64,000 nucleotides of DNA. It comes from Ranitomeya imitator. Taxonomy: Eukaryota. Location: NCBI RefSeq assembly GCF_032444005.1, contig NC_091282.1:1189594001-1189658000 (forward strand), written 5' to 3'. Below are positions 1 to 10,379 of this stretch, piece after piece (the first letter of the stretch is position 1; every line of letters starts with the position of its first letter). The position numbers were made by a program, and so were the translations under genes. A model generated the notes under the pieces. The model ran no database searches and had not been told where the DNA came from. It worked only from the letters and a program-made list of their open reading frames with translations.

Positions 1-850
1 TTCCCATATACACAGCTAGAACATTTCTGCACCAAACCCAAATGATAAACTACATTTTAAAAGTCAGACATAGTGAATTTAGAGCTGATCTCCTCACGAT
101 TCTTGAAGAACTTGCAGGGTGGACTCGAACAGTAATCGGCGTCACTGCTTCCTTGCACAAAATCGCCAGGTACTTACTTCTGTGCCCTATTTTCATGTGA
201 GATCTGTGAAATATCTGTGCCAAATTACTTCTCCATGTACTCTGCTCGTACAATAGTGTCCAGCAAAGAAAACCATAGGCAAGAAATTGAAACCTGAAGT
301 TAAATCATAAGGTCTATACATTTTGGAAGCAGCTACTTTATGGTTTGGACCATTACTGGAAGATCACAAGGAAATAATGACTTTGCTGAAAGATCACAAG
401 TTACAAGAAAATTTTGCTAGAAAAACTGCAAAAGAAAACTGCATTTAACGGGCACACTTAAGGGGTTTTCTCACTTTGTGAACATGTTTTGATCCCTCTA
501 CAAGTATAAGCAAAGGCATGGAGGTTCGATAGTTTTCAATTTTTCTCCATTGTTCTAGCGACTTGTTTGCACCATAGACAAAGTTTTCTACAATATCCAG
601 TAAATATTTCAATTGAAGAATGTACAGAAAATTAGCCAAAAGGAAACTGTATGGCTAAGTGCTATTGGTACCATGTTATGTTGGGTGCCATATGAAGGAC
701 CTCTGTTTCTGTAGAAGACTGCCATTCATTGGCACATCACGATTAGTGATGGGTGAGTATACTCGTTGCTCGGGTTATCCCGAGCACGCTCGGGTGATCT
801 CCGAGCATTTGGTAGTGTTCCGCGATGAAAACTAAATCTCCAAACACTAA

Positions 851-2065
851 GGCCATGTTCACACAGTGCGTTTTTTACTGCGGAACCGCAGCGGTATTGC
901 CGCTGCGGTTCCGCAGCTGTTTTCCATGCAGGGTACATAACAATGTAACCCTATGGAAAACAGTCACTGCTGTGCACATGATCCGGAATTTCGTGTAAAA
1001 AGCCGTGCAGAATAGCTGCGGCAAAAAAGAAGGAGCATGTCAATTCTTTTTCCTGAACCGCAGCGGTTCTGCACCCATAGACCTCCATTGTGAGGTCAAA
1101 ATCGCAGTAAAACCCGCAGATCAAAAATATATCTGCGGGTTTTACTGCGATTTGATGTGCAGAACCGCTGCAGCAGGAAGTGCGGGGGAGCGGGCGGAAG
1201 TGTGTGGGTGGAGTGTGGCTGCCCCCCCGTGCTCCGATCCCGCCCCCCCGTGCTCCGATGCCCCCCCGTGCTCCGATGCCCCCCCCCAGTGCTCCGATGC
1301 CCCCCCCCGTGCCCTAATCTCCCCCCCTTATACTTACCCGGCGTCCCGGTGTCCGTCCGGCCGTCTTCTCCCTGGGCGCCGCCATCTTGCAAAATGGCGG
1401 GCGCATGCGCAGTGCGCCCGCCGAATCTGCCGGCCGGCAGATTCGCTCCAAAGTGCATTTTGATCACTGAGATATAACCTATCTCAGTGATCAAAATAAA
1501 AAAAATAGTAAATGACACCCCCCCCCCCACTTTGTCACCCCCATTGNNNNNNNNNNNNNNNNNNNNNNNNNNNNNNNNNNNNNNNNNNNNNNNNNNNNNN
1601 NNNNNNNNNNNNNNNNNNNNNNNNNNNNNNNNNNNNNNNNNNNNNNNNNNNNNNNNNNNNNNNNNNNNNNNNNNNNNNNNNNNNNNNNNNNNNNNNNNNN
1701 NNNNNNNNNNNNNNNNNNNNNNNNNNNNNNNNNNNNNNNNNNNNNNNNNNNNNNNNNNNNNNNNNNNNNNNNNNNNNNNNNNNNNNNNNNNNNNNNNNNN
1801 NNNNNNNNNNNNNNNNNNNNNNNNNNNNNNNNNNNNNNNNNNNNNTTAGCCCTAAAAAGCTTCCCAGGAAACACACAGTCTCTGCATAGAAAACTGCATA
1901 AAAAAAGGATCAAAAAACGCCTCAAAAAACGCATCAAAAAACGCATCAAAAACGCATCAAAAAAGGACCAAAAAAAGGACCTGCGTTTTCTGCCAAGAGC
2001 TGCAGTTTTTAAAAAAACTGTCCTGAAAAAAAAAGGATGGAAATCCTGAACGTGTGAACATACCC
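851..2065. mobile_element. PIF/Harbinger-type composite MITE with TAA TSD
   Basis: Ends GGCCATGTTCACAC / GTGTGAACATACCC, with TAA at 848-850 and 2066-2068. Contains a GC-rich segment homologous to 37720-38170 and an N gap. Confidence 0.7.
1547..1845. other. N run (299 bp gap or masked sequence)
   Basis: Run of N in the sequence. Confidence 1.
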
Positions 2066-2799
2066 TAACAAATACTCGGAGACCACCCGAGTGTGCTCGG
2101 GAAAACCAGAGCAACGAGTATACTCGCTCATCACTATATCTTTCTGGCGGATTCATATCGAATCCACCGTCGAAAAGTTTTGATGACCTCCATATGACAT
2201 CAGAGGCAGAATTACAATAAGGAGTCATGTATCTCTATTGATACCCTATATAGGCTCCTTATAATGCATGGTCATAATAGGAGCATATGCTTTACTATAA
2301 ACTGCAGAATATTGAAGCCTTTTCTATAGGCAACACTCTTTCGATTGCAAAATTCCCCAAATGCCCTCAGATGTACACAAAATTGTTGTAAGCGTAAATG
2401 GTGAGGAATTTGCAACAAATCCGTCACCTCTGATCATGATCATCTTCATAAATCCCGCAAAATATCTAAATAGTATCTCAAATGAGACACACGGCCTAGG
2501 AGCAACCCTTAGGACAGAGGAGACCAACCCAACTTGGTTTGATCTTCTATTTATTAATGACAGCTGCTTTCATGATTGGTGGTTGCATGAGACACCACCA
2601 AAGAGGTGAAGGGGCAGGGGTGGAGAGATAATTTGATCTAGCTAAGAGCTTCCTCTTATCAATGTCTTCCTGAAAACCAATAATACTGATATATAATTTT
2701 TGATACCTGAAAAACAAAAATCATCCATTGTGACATTTTTCAGAAATGAAGAAACTGAACAAATATTTATTTAGCTCTTATATGTTGGTATTATCCGAG

Positions 2800-3640
2800 C
2801 TTCATCCTCCTGTCACCATTTCTACTCAACTTACAACAGAATCTATTTGAATACTGGACTTGCTGAAGTCAAAATTGATGGACGAATCATCAACAATCCT
2901 AAATATGCAGACGATACAACATTGATAGCAACAAGGATGGAATAAAGGACTTATTAAGGAGTATCAAGATGGAAAACTCGAACATAGGACTACTACTCAA
3001 TACAAAGAAGACAAAGACACTGACTACTGCCAGGTACAACCGGGACACATTTGAGATGGATGGCAAAGAAATGGAAGTCGTAAAGGACTTCAACCTACTC
3101 AGATCAATGATCACTCAACGACGGCACTGGAAGTAAATAGGAGAATAGCTATGGACAAAACAGCAGTAAAGACACTTGACAAGGTCTTCAAGTCACGCAA
3201 CATTTCACTAGTGAAGAAGACACAGTTCTTACATAGTATGGTATATTCTGTGGTAACATATGGATACGAATCCTGGATGATAAAGAAACAAGACAGAAGA
3301 TGAATCGACCATAGGATTTTATTAATACTGCGGATGGCAAGAAGAACAAACAAATCAATTTTGGAAAAAATCAAGCCAGACAAGTCACTCGAAGAAAGGA
3401 TCACCAAGCTACGTCTTGCGTACTTTAAACACATCATGATAATAGAGCAATCATTGGAGAAGGACATCTTGGTCGGAAGAATAGAAGGAACAAGGCGAAG
3501 GGAAAACCATTAACCTGATTGCTTGATATAATCAAAACAATGGTGGAAAAGACCCTGGTGGACCTATCTAAGCTTGCACAAGATCGATCTTCCAACCGAA
3601 CATTCATCCATAAAGTCACCAAGTAGCTCAAAAGGCTTCC
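2800..3640 (+). mobile_element. Degenerate RTE-clade LINE, 3' part of the reverse transcriptase
   Basis: Broken frames read KIDGRIINN-KYADDTTLIA, GLLLNTKKTK, EVVKDFNLL, EVNRRIAM, VTYGYESW, RRTNKSILEKI, KLRLAYF, LEKDILVGRIEG. These follow RTE/BovB-type RT C-terminal motifs, with stops and frameshifts. Confidence 0.85.
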
Positions 3641-4625
3641 AATACCAAACTTTGATATGCTAGCAAACTCCTGATAGGCTGCATTTCCCATCATAGCTAG
3701 TGGATGGCCAGACACATGTGGCATCAATAATTCCCAACATAGTATAGCAATATCATCTTTCTTTATTCCTCTCTGGTCATCTTGAGTCATTCATCTGAGG
3801 ATATGTTAAGCCAAGAGAAATGGTGAGAAAGGACAGATCTGTACATCCTACACATCTGTTGTAATCAATTGATAAGTAAAAAATAAAATGTATGCTAACG
3901 AGATCATTCAAATTTTGTCCGAAAAACAATAACAATTTAGGAAGATTTCTGTATTCTTAATCATCAATGTTTCTCGAATAATTTCCTTGATTTAAGGGTC
4001 TTAAAGTCATAGGAGATGATGAGATATATGAGCAGTAGAGCAAGGTTCTCTGATTCCTATCACTCAGAGTTTCGTGCAGCTTGTGACTGCGCCGCTGCCT
4101 ACTCATTCTGCCCCTGCGGCTCCTGAACTGCATCCTACTCCTGTCTACCGTACACACGTACAAACATCTGTCAGGGTTAATAGACGTGGACTTCAACGCT
4201 GAGCATCTGCTGGATCTGCTGTCACATTAATATTGCCAACTTAATATGTAAACAGCTTGTATTACCTTTATCTCGGGGTTTTGAACATGGAAAAGAGCAG
4301 AAATTGTTTTAAAATGATAAAATAAACAAAAGTTGCTGATTCAATCTCTCAATGACCCAGTGCCGCTGTTCCTGGGGCAATGACATAAAAGTATTGCAAC
4401 CAATCACTGGTCGGAGCAGTAAAAGGCTCAGCATAATTGAGTACACCCTGTTTGAAAAGTTCGATTTTAATTAATTTCACTGAAGACAAACAATTTCCAA
4501 AATTTTGACAAGACTGAGTTTCATAAAAACCTTTTTTTTAACCCATAACATGAAAGTAAGATTAATAATATAACCTTCAATTCAAAATCTTCAGTTTTAC
4601 TCAAATTAGTTTATTAAAAAGGAGT

Positions 4626-4721
4626 ATATGCAAATTGCCTCATCAGAGAGAAAGAGGACTTGAACTCTATAGCGCCACCTAATGGAAGTAGCGATCCTAC
4701 AAGTCACATTCAACCCTTTAA
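4626..4721 (-). repeat. 3' part of a short hammerhead-containing repeat, split by the Kolobok insertion
   Basis: Contiguous with 10174-10379 once the TTAA-flanked insert is removed. The element boundaries are inferred. Confidence 0.5.
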
Positions 4722-5475
4722 AGGGAAGGTGCCGCGTTTTAATATTGTAAAAAAAAAAAAAACCTCTTTAATTCCTTATTTTCATAAGTTATTTTCAAGT
4801 GCATAGTATTTATTGTTTTTTTTTTATTCATTTTTTTTTCTGCCACTGGGCGCCGCCATTTTCATTTGCAGGACTGTAAGTGTAGCTGCACGACACTTAC
4901 AGTCTTCACATACGGCAGCCCTGGACATAGGACTCAGCAGTCGGCGTCCGACCCCATAGCTCCCATTATAAGCTTCTCTGCTCTGATGTGGCCACGCCCC
5001 CTGGGCGGTCTCCACATCACAGCAGAGGCAGGAGATCGGCGCCATCTTGCTTTAGCCTACAGAGGAGTGTACCTGTGAGCTCCACTGTAGAGCCGTGCTG
5101 TTGGAGGGGCAGCTCCATCTGTCTCCTCTCACACTCAGCGGCCATTCCCTGTCCTCTGCTGCCTGTAATCTCTAGAATCGCTAGAGAGGGTGAAGTGCTG
5201 TGGTCTGATGTCCTCTTATCAGGAGCTGCAGAGAGGTAACAGAGGGGGAGGGGGAGAATCTCTGTGCTGCTCGGACCTCACTGCAGCTCCTCACAGGACA
5301 TCAGACCCTGCATCTATCACTATACTGTGCTGAGCCAAGTATCTAATCCTCTCCTGTGCTGACCTGTGTATCTAATCCTCTCCTGTGTGATACTGTCTGC
5401 TGAGCCGTGTATCTAATCCTATACTGTGTGCTGAGCTGTGTATCTAATCCTCTCCTGTGTGATACTGTCTGTGTG

Positions 5476-6730
5476 ATAAAAGTAAAAGCCAAATGACACA
5501 ATGCAGAAAAAGATAAAAGAGGCGACACTAGTGCCACACACGGAACAGGTAATATACTGATGGAGCAGAAGACAATTATACTAATGCCATAAATATAAGT
5601 ATAACACAGCACTCAGTAGAGTCCAAATAATGAGAGGACAAACCGAAAAATAAAATTAAAGTTAATGAATTAATGGCAACTGCTAATAATCAGTATGTAG
5701 TATATGTTCACACGAAGGTGTACTAACGCAGGAAAATACCCAGTATGCAATACAGAACTATGTATGAAGATAAAGTGCCTAGTGCAAATGGATATATACT
5801 GGTAACCACCAATATCAATAGGTGTGCCAACGCAGAGAAATACACAGTATGCGATACAAAAATATATGTATACAGAGAAAGTGCCCAGTGCATATGGATA
5901 TATACTAATAGCCACCGACATCAAAAAGAGTAAAGCTAAATATATGTAGAAAAGTGACAAGATATGGTATGAGGCACAAATCAGCCGAGGGGTAGGCAAA
6001 TCAATAATAGTAAATACACTGTTGTAAATAAAGACCTGTAGTCTGCCAGTAGAACGTATATAGCTAGAGGTACGAGTGCATACAATGGGTACCAACCTGA
6101 ATCCGTACATGCATTGTGCATTGTATGCACTCGTACCTCTAGCTATATACGTTCTACTGGCAGACTATAGGTCTTTATTTACAACAGTGTATTTACTATT
6201 ATTGATTTGCCTACCCCTCGGCTGATTTGTGCCTCATACCATATCTTGTCACTTTTCTACATATATTTAGCTTTACTCTTTTTGATGTCGGTGGCTATTA
6301 GTATATATCCATATGCACTGGGCACTTTCTCTGTATACATATATTTTTGTATCGCATACTGTGTATTTCTCTGCGTTGGCACACCTATTGATATTGGTGG
6401 TTACCAGTATATATCCATTTGCACTAGGCACTTTATCTTCATACATAGTTCTGTATTGCATACTGGGTATTTTCCTGCGTTAGTACACCTTCGTGTGAAC
6501 ATATACTACATACTGATTATTAGCAGTTGCCATTAATTCATTAACTTTAATTTTATTTTTCGGTTTGTCCTCTCATTATTTGGACTCTACTGAGTGCTGT
6601 GTTATACTTATATTTATGGCATTAGTATAATTGTCTTCTGCTCCATCAGTATATTACCTGTTCCGTGTGTGGCACTAGTGTCGCCTCTTTTATCTTTTTC
6701 TGCATTGTGTCATTTGGCTTTTACTTTTAT
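5476..6730. repeat. Near-perfect inverted repeat: 612-bp arms (5476-6087, 6119-6730), 31-nt spacer
   Basis: Arms are reverse complements; one mismatch noticed (CCTGTAGTC vs GACTATAGG), not exhaustively counted. The right arm continues ~75 nt with AATAAA near 6753. Confidence 0.95.
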
Positions 6731-7140
6731 TAGTGTTACTTGTATATTTTTCAATAAAGTTGTTATATATTTTTTTAGCTCATTGTGTCCATTTCTCTTT
6801 TGGGTTTCTCCTGTGTGATAGTGACTGCTGAGCCGTGTATCTAATCCTATACTGTCTGCTGAGCCGTGTATCTAATCCTCTCCTGTGTGATACTGTCTGC
6901 TGAGCCGTGTATCTAATCCTATACTGTCTGCTGAGCCGTGTATCTAATCCTCTCCTATGTGATACTGTCTGCTGAGCCGTGTATCTAATCCTCTCCTGTG
7001 GAATACTGACTGCTGAGCCGTGTATCTAATCCTCTCCTGTGTGATACTGTCTGCTGAGCCGTGTATCTAATCCTCTCCTGTGTGATACTGTCTGCTGAGC
7101 CGTGTATCTAATCCTACCCTGTGCTGACCTGTGTATCTAA

Positions 7141-7524
7141 GGCTATGTGCACACGTCCGGATTTTTAGCGTTTTTTTTTTTTTTTGCGGAATTTCGCCAT
7201 AAAAACGCTATAAATCCACTAAAAAAACGCTAACATTATGCATCCTATCATTTAGAATGCATTCCGCATTTTTTGTGCAGATGTTAGCGTTTTTTTCCGC
7301 AAAAAAAACGCATACCGCAAAAAATCCGGACATGCTCTATATTTTTGCGGATTTCCTATCAAAAAGGACATTCCGGAAAATAAAAAAAAAAAGCAAAAAA
7401 AACGCAAAAATCCGCGCAAAAAACGTGCAAATTCCGCAAGAAATCCGCGCAAAAAAAGCACGCGGATTTCTGGCAGAATTCTCAGGATTATGTCAGGAAA
7501 AAATCCTGACGTGTGCACATAGCC
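7141..7524. mobile_element. PIF/Harbinger MITE
   Basis: TIR GGCTATGTGCACACGTC / GACGTGTGCACATAGCC, TAA TSD at 7138-7140 and 7525-7527. Inserted in the TAA of a minisatellite unit. Confidence 0.9.
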
Positions 7525-7699
7525 TAATCCTGTGAAATACTGACTGCTGAGCCGTGTATCTAATCCTCTCCTGTGTGATACTGTCTGGTGAGCCGTGTAT
7601 CTAATCCACTTCTATGCACTCCTCTCCCCCCTGCATATCTTTCCCCATTGCACACGCAACTCAATGTGTACGATAACAGGAGCTGCGAGCGTCATGCTG

Positions 7700-8680
7700 T
7701 ATTATGGCATTATGTGAGATCTATATGACGGTATTATGTGATCTGTATGGTGGTATTATGCTTGATCAGCATTGTGAGAATTATATGGTGGTATTGTGTG
7801 TGATCTATATGGCGGTATTATGTGAGAACACTGGCAGCATTATGTGTGATCTATATGGCGGTATTATGTGAGAACACTATGGCAGTATTATGTGTGATCT
7901 ATATGGTGGTATGTGAGAAGACTGGCAGTATTATGTGTGATCTATATGGTGGTATGTGAGAACACTGGCGGTATTATGTGTGATCTATATGGTGGTATGT
8001 GAGAACACTGGCAGTATTATGTGTGATCTATATGGTGGTATGTGAGAACACTGGCGGTATTATGTGTGATCTATATGGCGGTATGTGAGAACACTGGCGG
8101 TATTATGTGTGATCTATATGGCGGTATGTGAGAACACTGGTGGTATTATGTGTGATCTATATGGCGGTATGTGAGAACACTGGCGGTATTATGTGTGATC
8201 TATATGGCGGTATGTGAGAACACTGGCGGTATTATGTGTGATCTATATGGCGGTATGTGAGAACACTGGCGGTATTATGTGTGATCTATATGGCGGTATG
8301 TGAGAACACTGGCGGTATTATGTGTGATCTATATGGCGGTATGTGAGAACACTGGCGGTATTATGTGTGATCTATATGGTGGTATTATGTGAGAACTGTA
8401 TGACAGTATTGTGTGATCTATTTGATAGTATTGTGTGTGATCTATATGGCGGTATTATGTGAGAACACTGGCAGTATTATGTGTGATCTATATGGCGGTA
8501 TGTGAGAACACTGGCGGTATTATGTGTGATCTATATGGCGGTATGTGAGAACACTGGCGGTATTATGTGTGATCTATATGGTGGTATTATGTGAGAACTG
8601 TATGACAGTATTGTGTGATCTATTTGATAGTATTGTGTGTGATCTATATGGCGGTATTATGTGAGAACACTATGGCAGTA
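7700..8680. repeat. ~42-bp minisatellite (GTGTGATCTATATGGCGGTATGTGAGAACACTGGCGGTATTAT)n
   Basis: About 20 tandem units inside the Kolobok element. Confidence 0.95.
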
Positions 8681-9217
8681 TTATCTTCAGAAAGCGGACC
8701 CATTCTATGGTGGTTCTGGCTGAGCACCTGCACGCGGGTCTGGGGTAATAGAGGGGGCAGTGTGACCTCCAGTTAGGTGTAGTCAGGGGAAGGCTGGTGA
8801 GGCGGCTGAAGAGAGGGGTCTCATTTTTAGCGTTACTATATGGCTACATTTCCTTCCCAGCGTCACCCCGGACTTCGCCTGTCACCTCGCTTTCACACAT
8901 TGCCAGGACAGGATGGGGAAGACAGGATCTGAGGAGGGGAATGGGGTTTGCATGCAAAGTCTGGATCAGACCAGGCCATCAATCCGCAGAAATGTTTCCT
9001 GGATTTCTGTGGAGCAGACGGTCCATCCATGTGTATAAAAGACAGCGCTCTATGTACAATCCCTGGCTGCTCCGCACACCGAACAGGGGTCCCCCATAGA
9101 CCAGCACACTGCTCTCCTGAAATACTCTGTGCTGCTGTCACCCTGCTCCCTCCATCACATATCTCCCAGAATCCTTGCTGCCTGCCATCCTTGGTGACTG
9201 TCTACTTGTCAGTATAA

Positions 9218-9624
9218 GGCTGCTTTCACACTAGCGTCGGTACGAGCCTTTCGCAGTGCGTCGTACCGACGTATGCTGTGAAAGAAATGTCCGACGTGGG
9301 CAGCAGAAGCAGTCTTACAATGCTTCCGCTGCCCCATTGTTAGGTCTGGGCATGAGGGGGCGGAGTTTCGGCCGTGCATACGCGGTCGAAAATGGTGGAC
9401 TCGATGCACAAACGTTACATGTAACTTTTTTTGTGGCGGCGGTCCACCAAAACATGACACAACCGTCGCACGACAGTTGTGACGTGTGGCAATACGTCGC
9501 AATGCGTCGGTAATGTTAGTCTATGGGGAAAAAACGCATCCTGCAGACAACTTTGCAGGATGTGTTTTTTCTCCTGAATGACGCATTGCAACGTACAGCC
9601 AACAACGCTAGTGTGAAAGTAGCC
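9218..9624. mobile_element. PIF/Harbinger MITE
   Basis: TIR GGCTGCTTTCACACTAGCG / CGCTAGTGTGAAAGTAGCC, TAA at 9215-9217 and 9625-9627. Confidence 0.9.
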
Positions 9625-9627
9625 TAA

Positions 9628-9819
9628 GGCTGCCGTCCACTATTAGTATTTGGTCAGTATTTTACCTCAGTATTTGTAGCCAAAACCAGGAGTGGGTGAT
9701 GAATACAGAAGTGGTGACATGTTTCTATTATACTTTTCCTCTAATTGTTCCACTCCTGGTTTTGGCTTACAAATACTGATGTAAAATACTGACCAAATAC
9801 TGATAGTGTGACGGCAGCC
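9628..9819. mobile_element. Second Harbinger-like MITE abutting the first
   Basis: GGCTGCCGTC... / ...GTGTGACGGCAGCC with internal inverted AGTATTTGGTCAGTATTTTAC. It shares the TAA at 9625-9627; the right TSD is imperfect. Confidence 0.7.
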
Positions 9820-10173
9820 ATACTCTGCAGTCACCAACAAAATGGCTGCTCACTGGGTTCCTGAACATCATCCTCTCTAATCCCTTAGCAAACACCCAGA
9901 AGGGGAGGAGAGGAAACATCACACACGTCAGCAGACTCCGCCCATAATTACTGCAGTGCAGTAATGTGAGCTAGTTGTACACTAGGTTTTCCTGAAATTT
10001 CAGCAGCTGCTCCCCCTAGTGTTGAAAAGTGGAAATTCCAAAACTTTTCAAATTATTTTTCATATTTTACTAAATTATAAACAAATGATAATATTTTTTA
10101 AGAAAATGTAATCATTAATTCTTTACATTTTTACAATTTCTGAAAAAAAAATTTTTTTGATGGCACCTTCCCT

Positions 10174-10379
10174 TTAACGAGTCGTGCAATAGGACTTAAG
10201 ATAAAAGCCAAATCAGAATCTCAATTTGCAGACACGGTGTTTCGGGCTGTTGGCCCTCATCAGTGCAAAGTGTGAGAACTGATTTTGGCTAGGTAAAAGG
10301 CTCTGGACTGGGGTCTAAGGGGTAAGGTTTCTCCTTGTGGAGAGTGACATACCAGCTCTGGCTTGTCAAGGTAAGGAGG
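10174..10379 (-). repeat. 5' part of a short hammerhead-containing repeat (retrozyme/PLE-like monomer, ~300 bp with 4626-4721)
   Basis: Carries the hammerhead at 10225-10269. Family assignment and boundaries are inference. Confidence 0.5.
10225..10269 (-). ncRNA. Type I hammerhead ribozyme
   Basis: Minus strand: TTTGCA-CTGATGA-GGGC-CAACA-GCCC-GAAA-CAC-C-GTGTC-TGCAAA. Core CUGAUGA/GAAA/GUC is intact, stem I is 6 bp (extends via TCTCA/TGAGA), stem II is 4 bp with G10.1-C11.1, and stem III is short and palindromic. Confidence 0.85.

Larger units (their letters stand above)
744..2136. mobile_element. Small palindromic TIR element (MITE, ~175 bp when empty) interrupted by a Harbinger-bounded insert
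   Basis: TAGTGATGGGTGAGTATACTCGTTGCTC... at 744 is the reverse complement (few mismatches) of ...GAGCAACGAGTATACTCGCTCATCACTA ending 2136. Removing 851-2068 rejoins ...CCAAACAC-TAA-CAAATACTCGG. No TSD identified. Confidence 0.8.
5325..7605. repeat. ~41-bp minisatellite (GCTGAGCCGTGTATCTAATCCTCTCCTGTGTGATACTGTCT)n, interrupted twice
   Basis: Units visible at about 5325-5470, 6808-7140 and 7528-7605. Confidence 0.9.
4722..10173. mobile_element. Non-autonomous Kolobok/T2-type DNA transposon (5.45 kb) with nested inserts
   Basis: TIR AGGGAAGGTGCC / GGCACCTTCCCT, TTAA TSD at 4718-4721 and 10174-10177. AGG termini plus TTAA are the T2/Kolobok signature. Confidence 0.85.

Noticed and set aside
1-740. 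Short ORFs at 50-253 and 445-639 as a host exon or LINE fragment
   Set aside because: No recognisable motif in any frame and no match to STK32 exon 2 (NFDHF..GKGSFGK).
2150-2700. ORFs 2324-2527 and 2361-2609 as a PLE or L1 RT remnant
   Set aside because: Only a vague resemblance (FRYFAGF..); no YxDD or other diagnostic motif.
5476-6730. Hammerhead motif within the 612-bp arms
   Set aside because: No CTGANGA...GAAA core on either strand, so the PLE origin remains an inference from architecture.
7700-8680. CRISPR-like array
   Set aside because: Head-to-tail repeats without unique spacers, eukaryotic context, no cas genes. The same applies to the 390-bp units.
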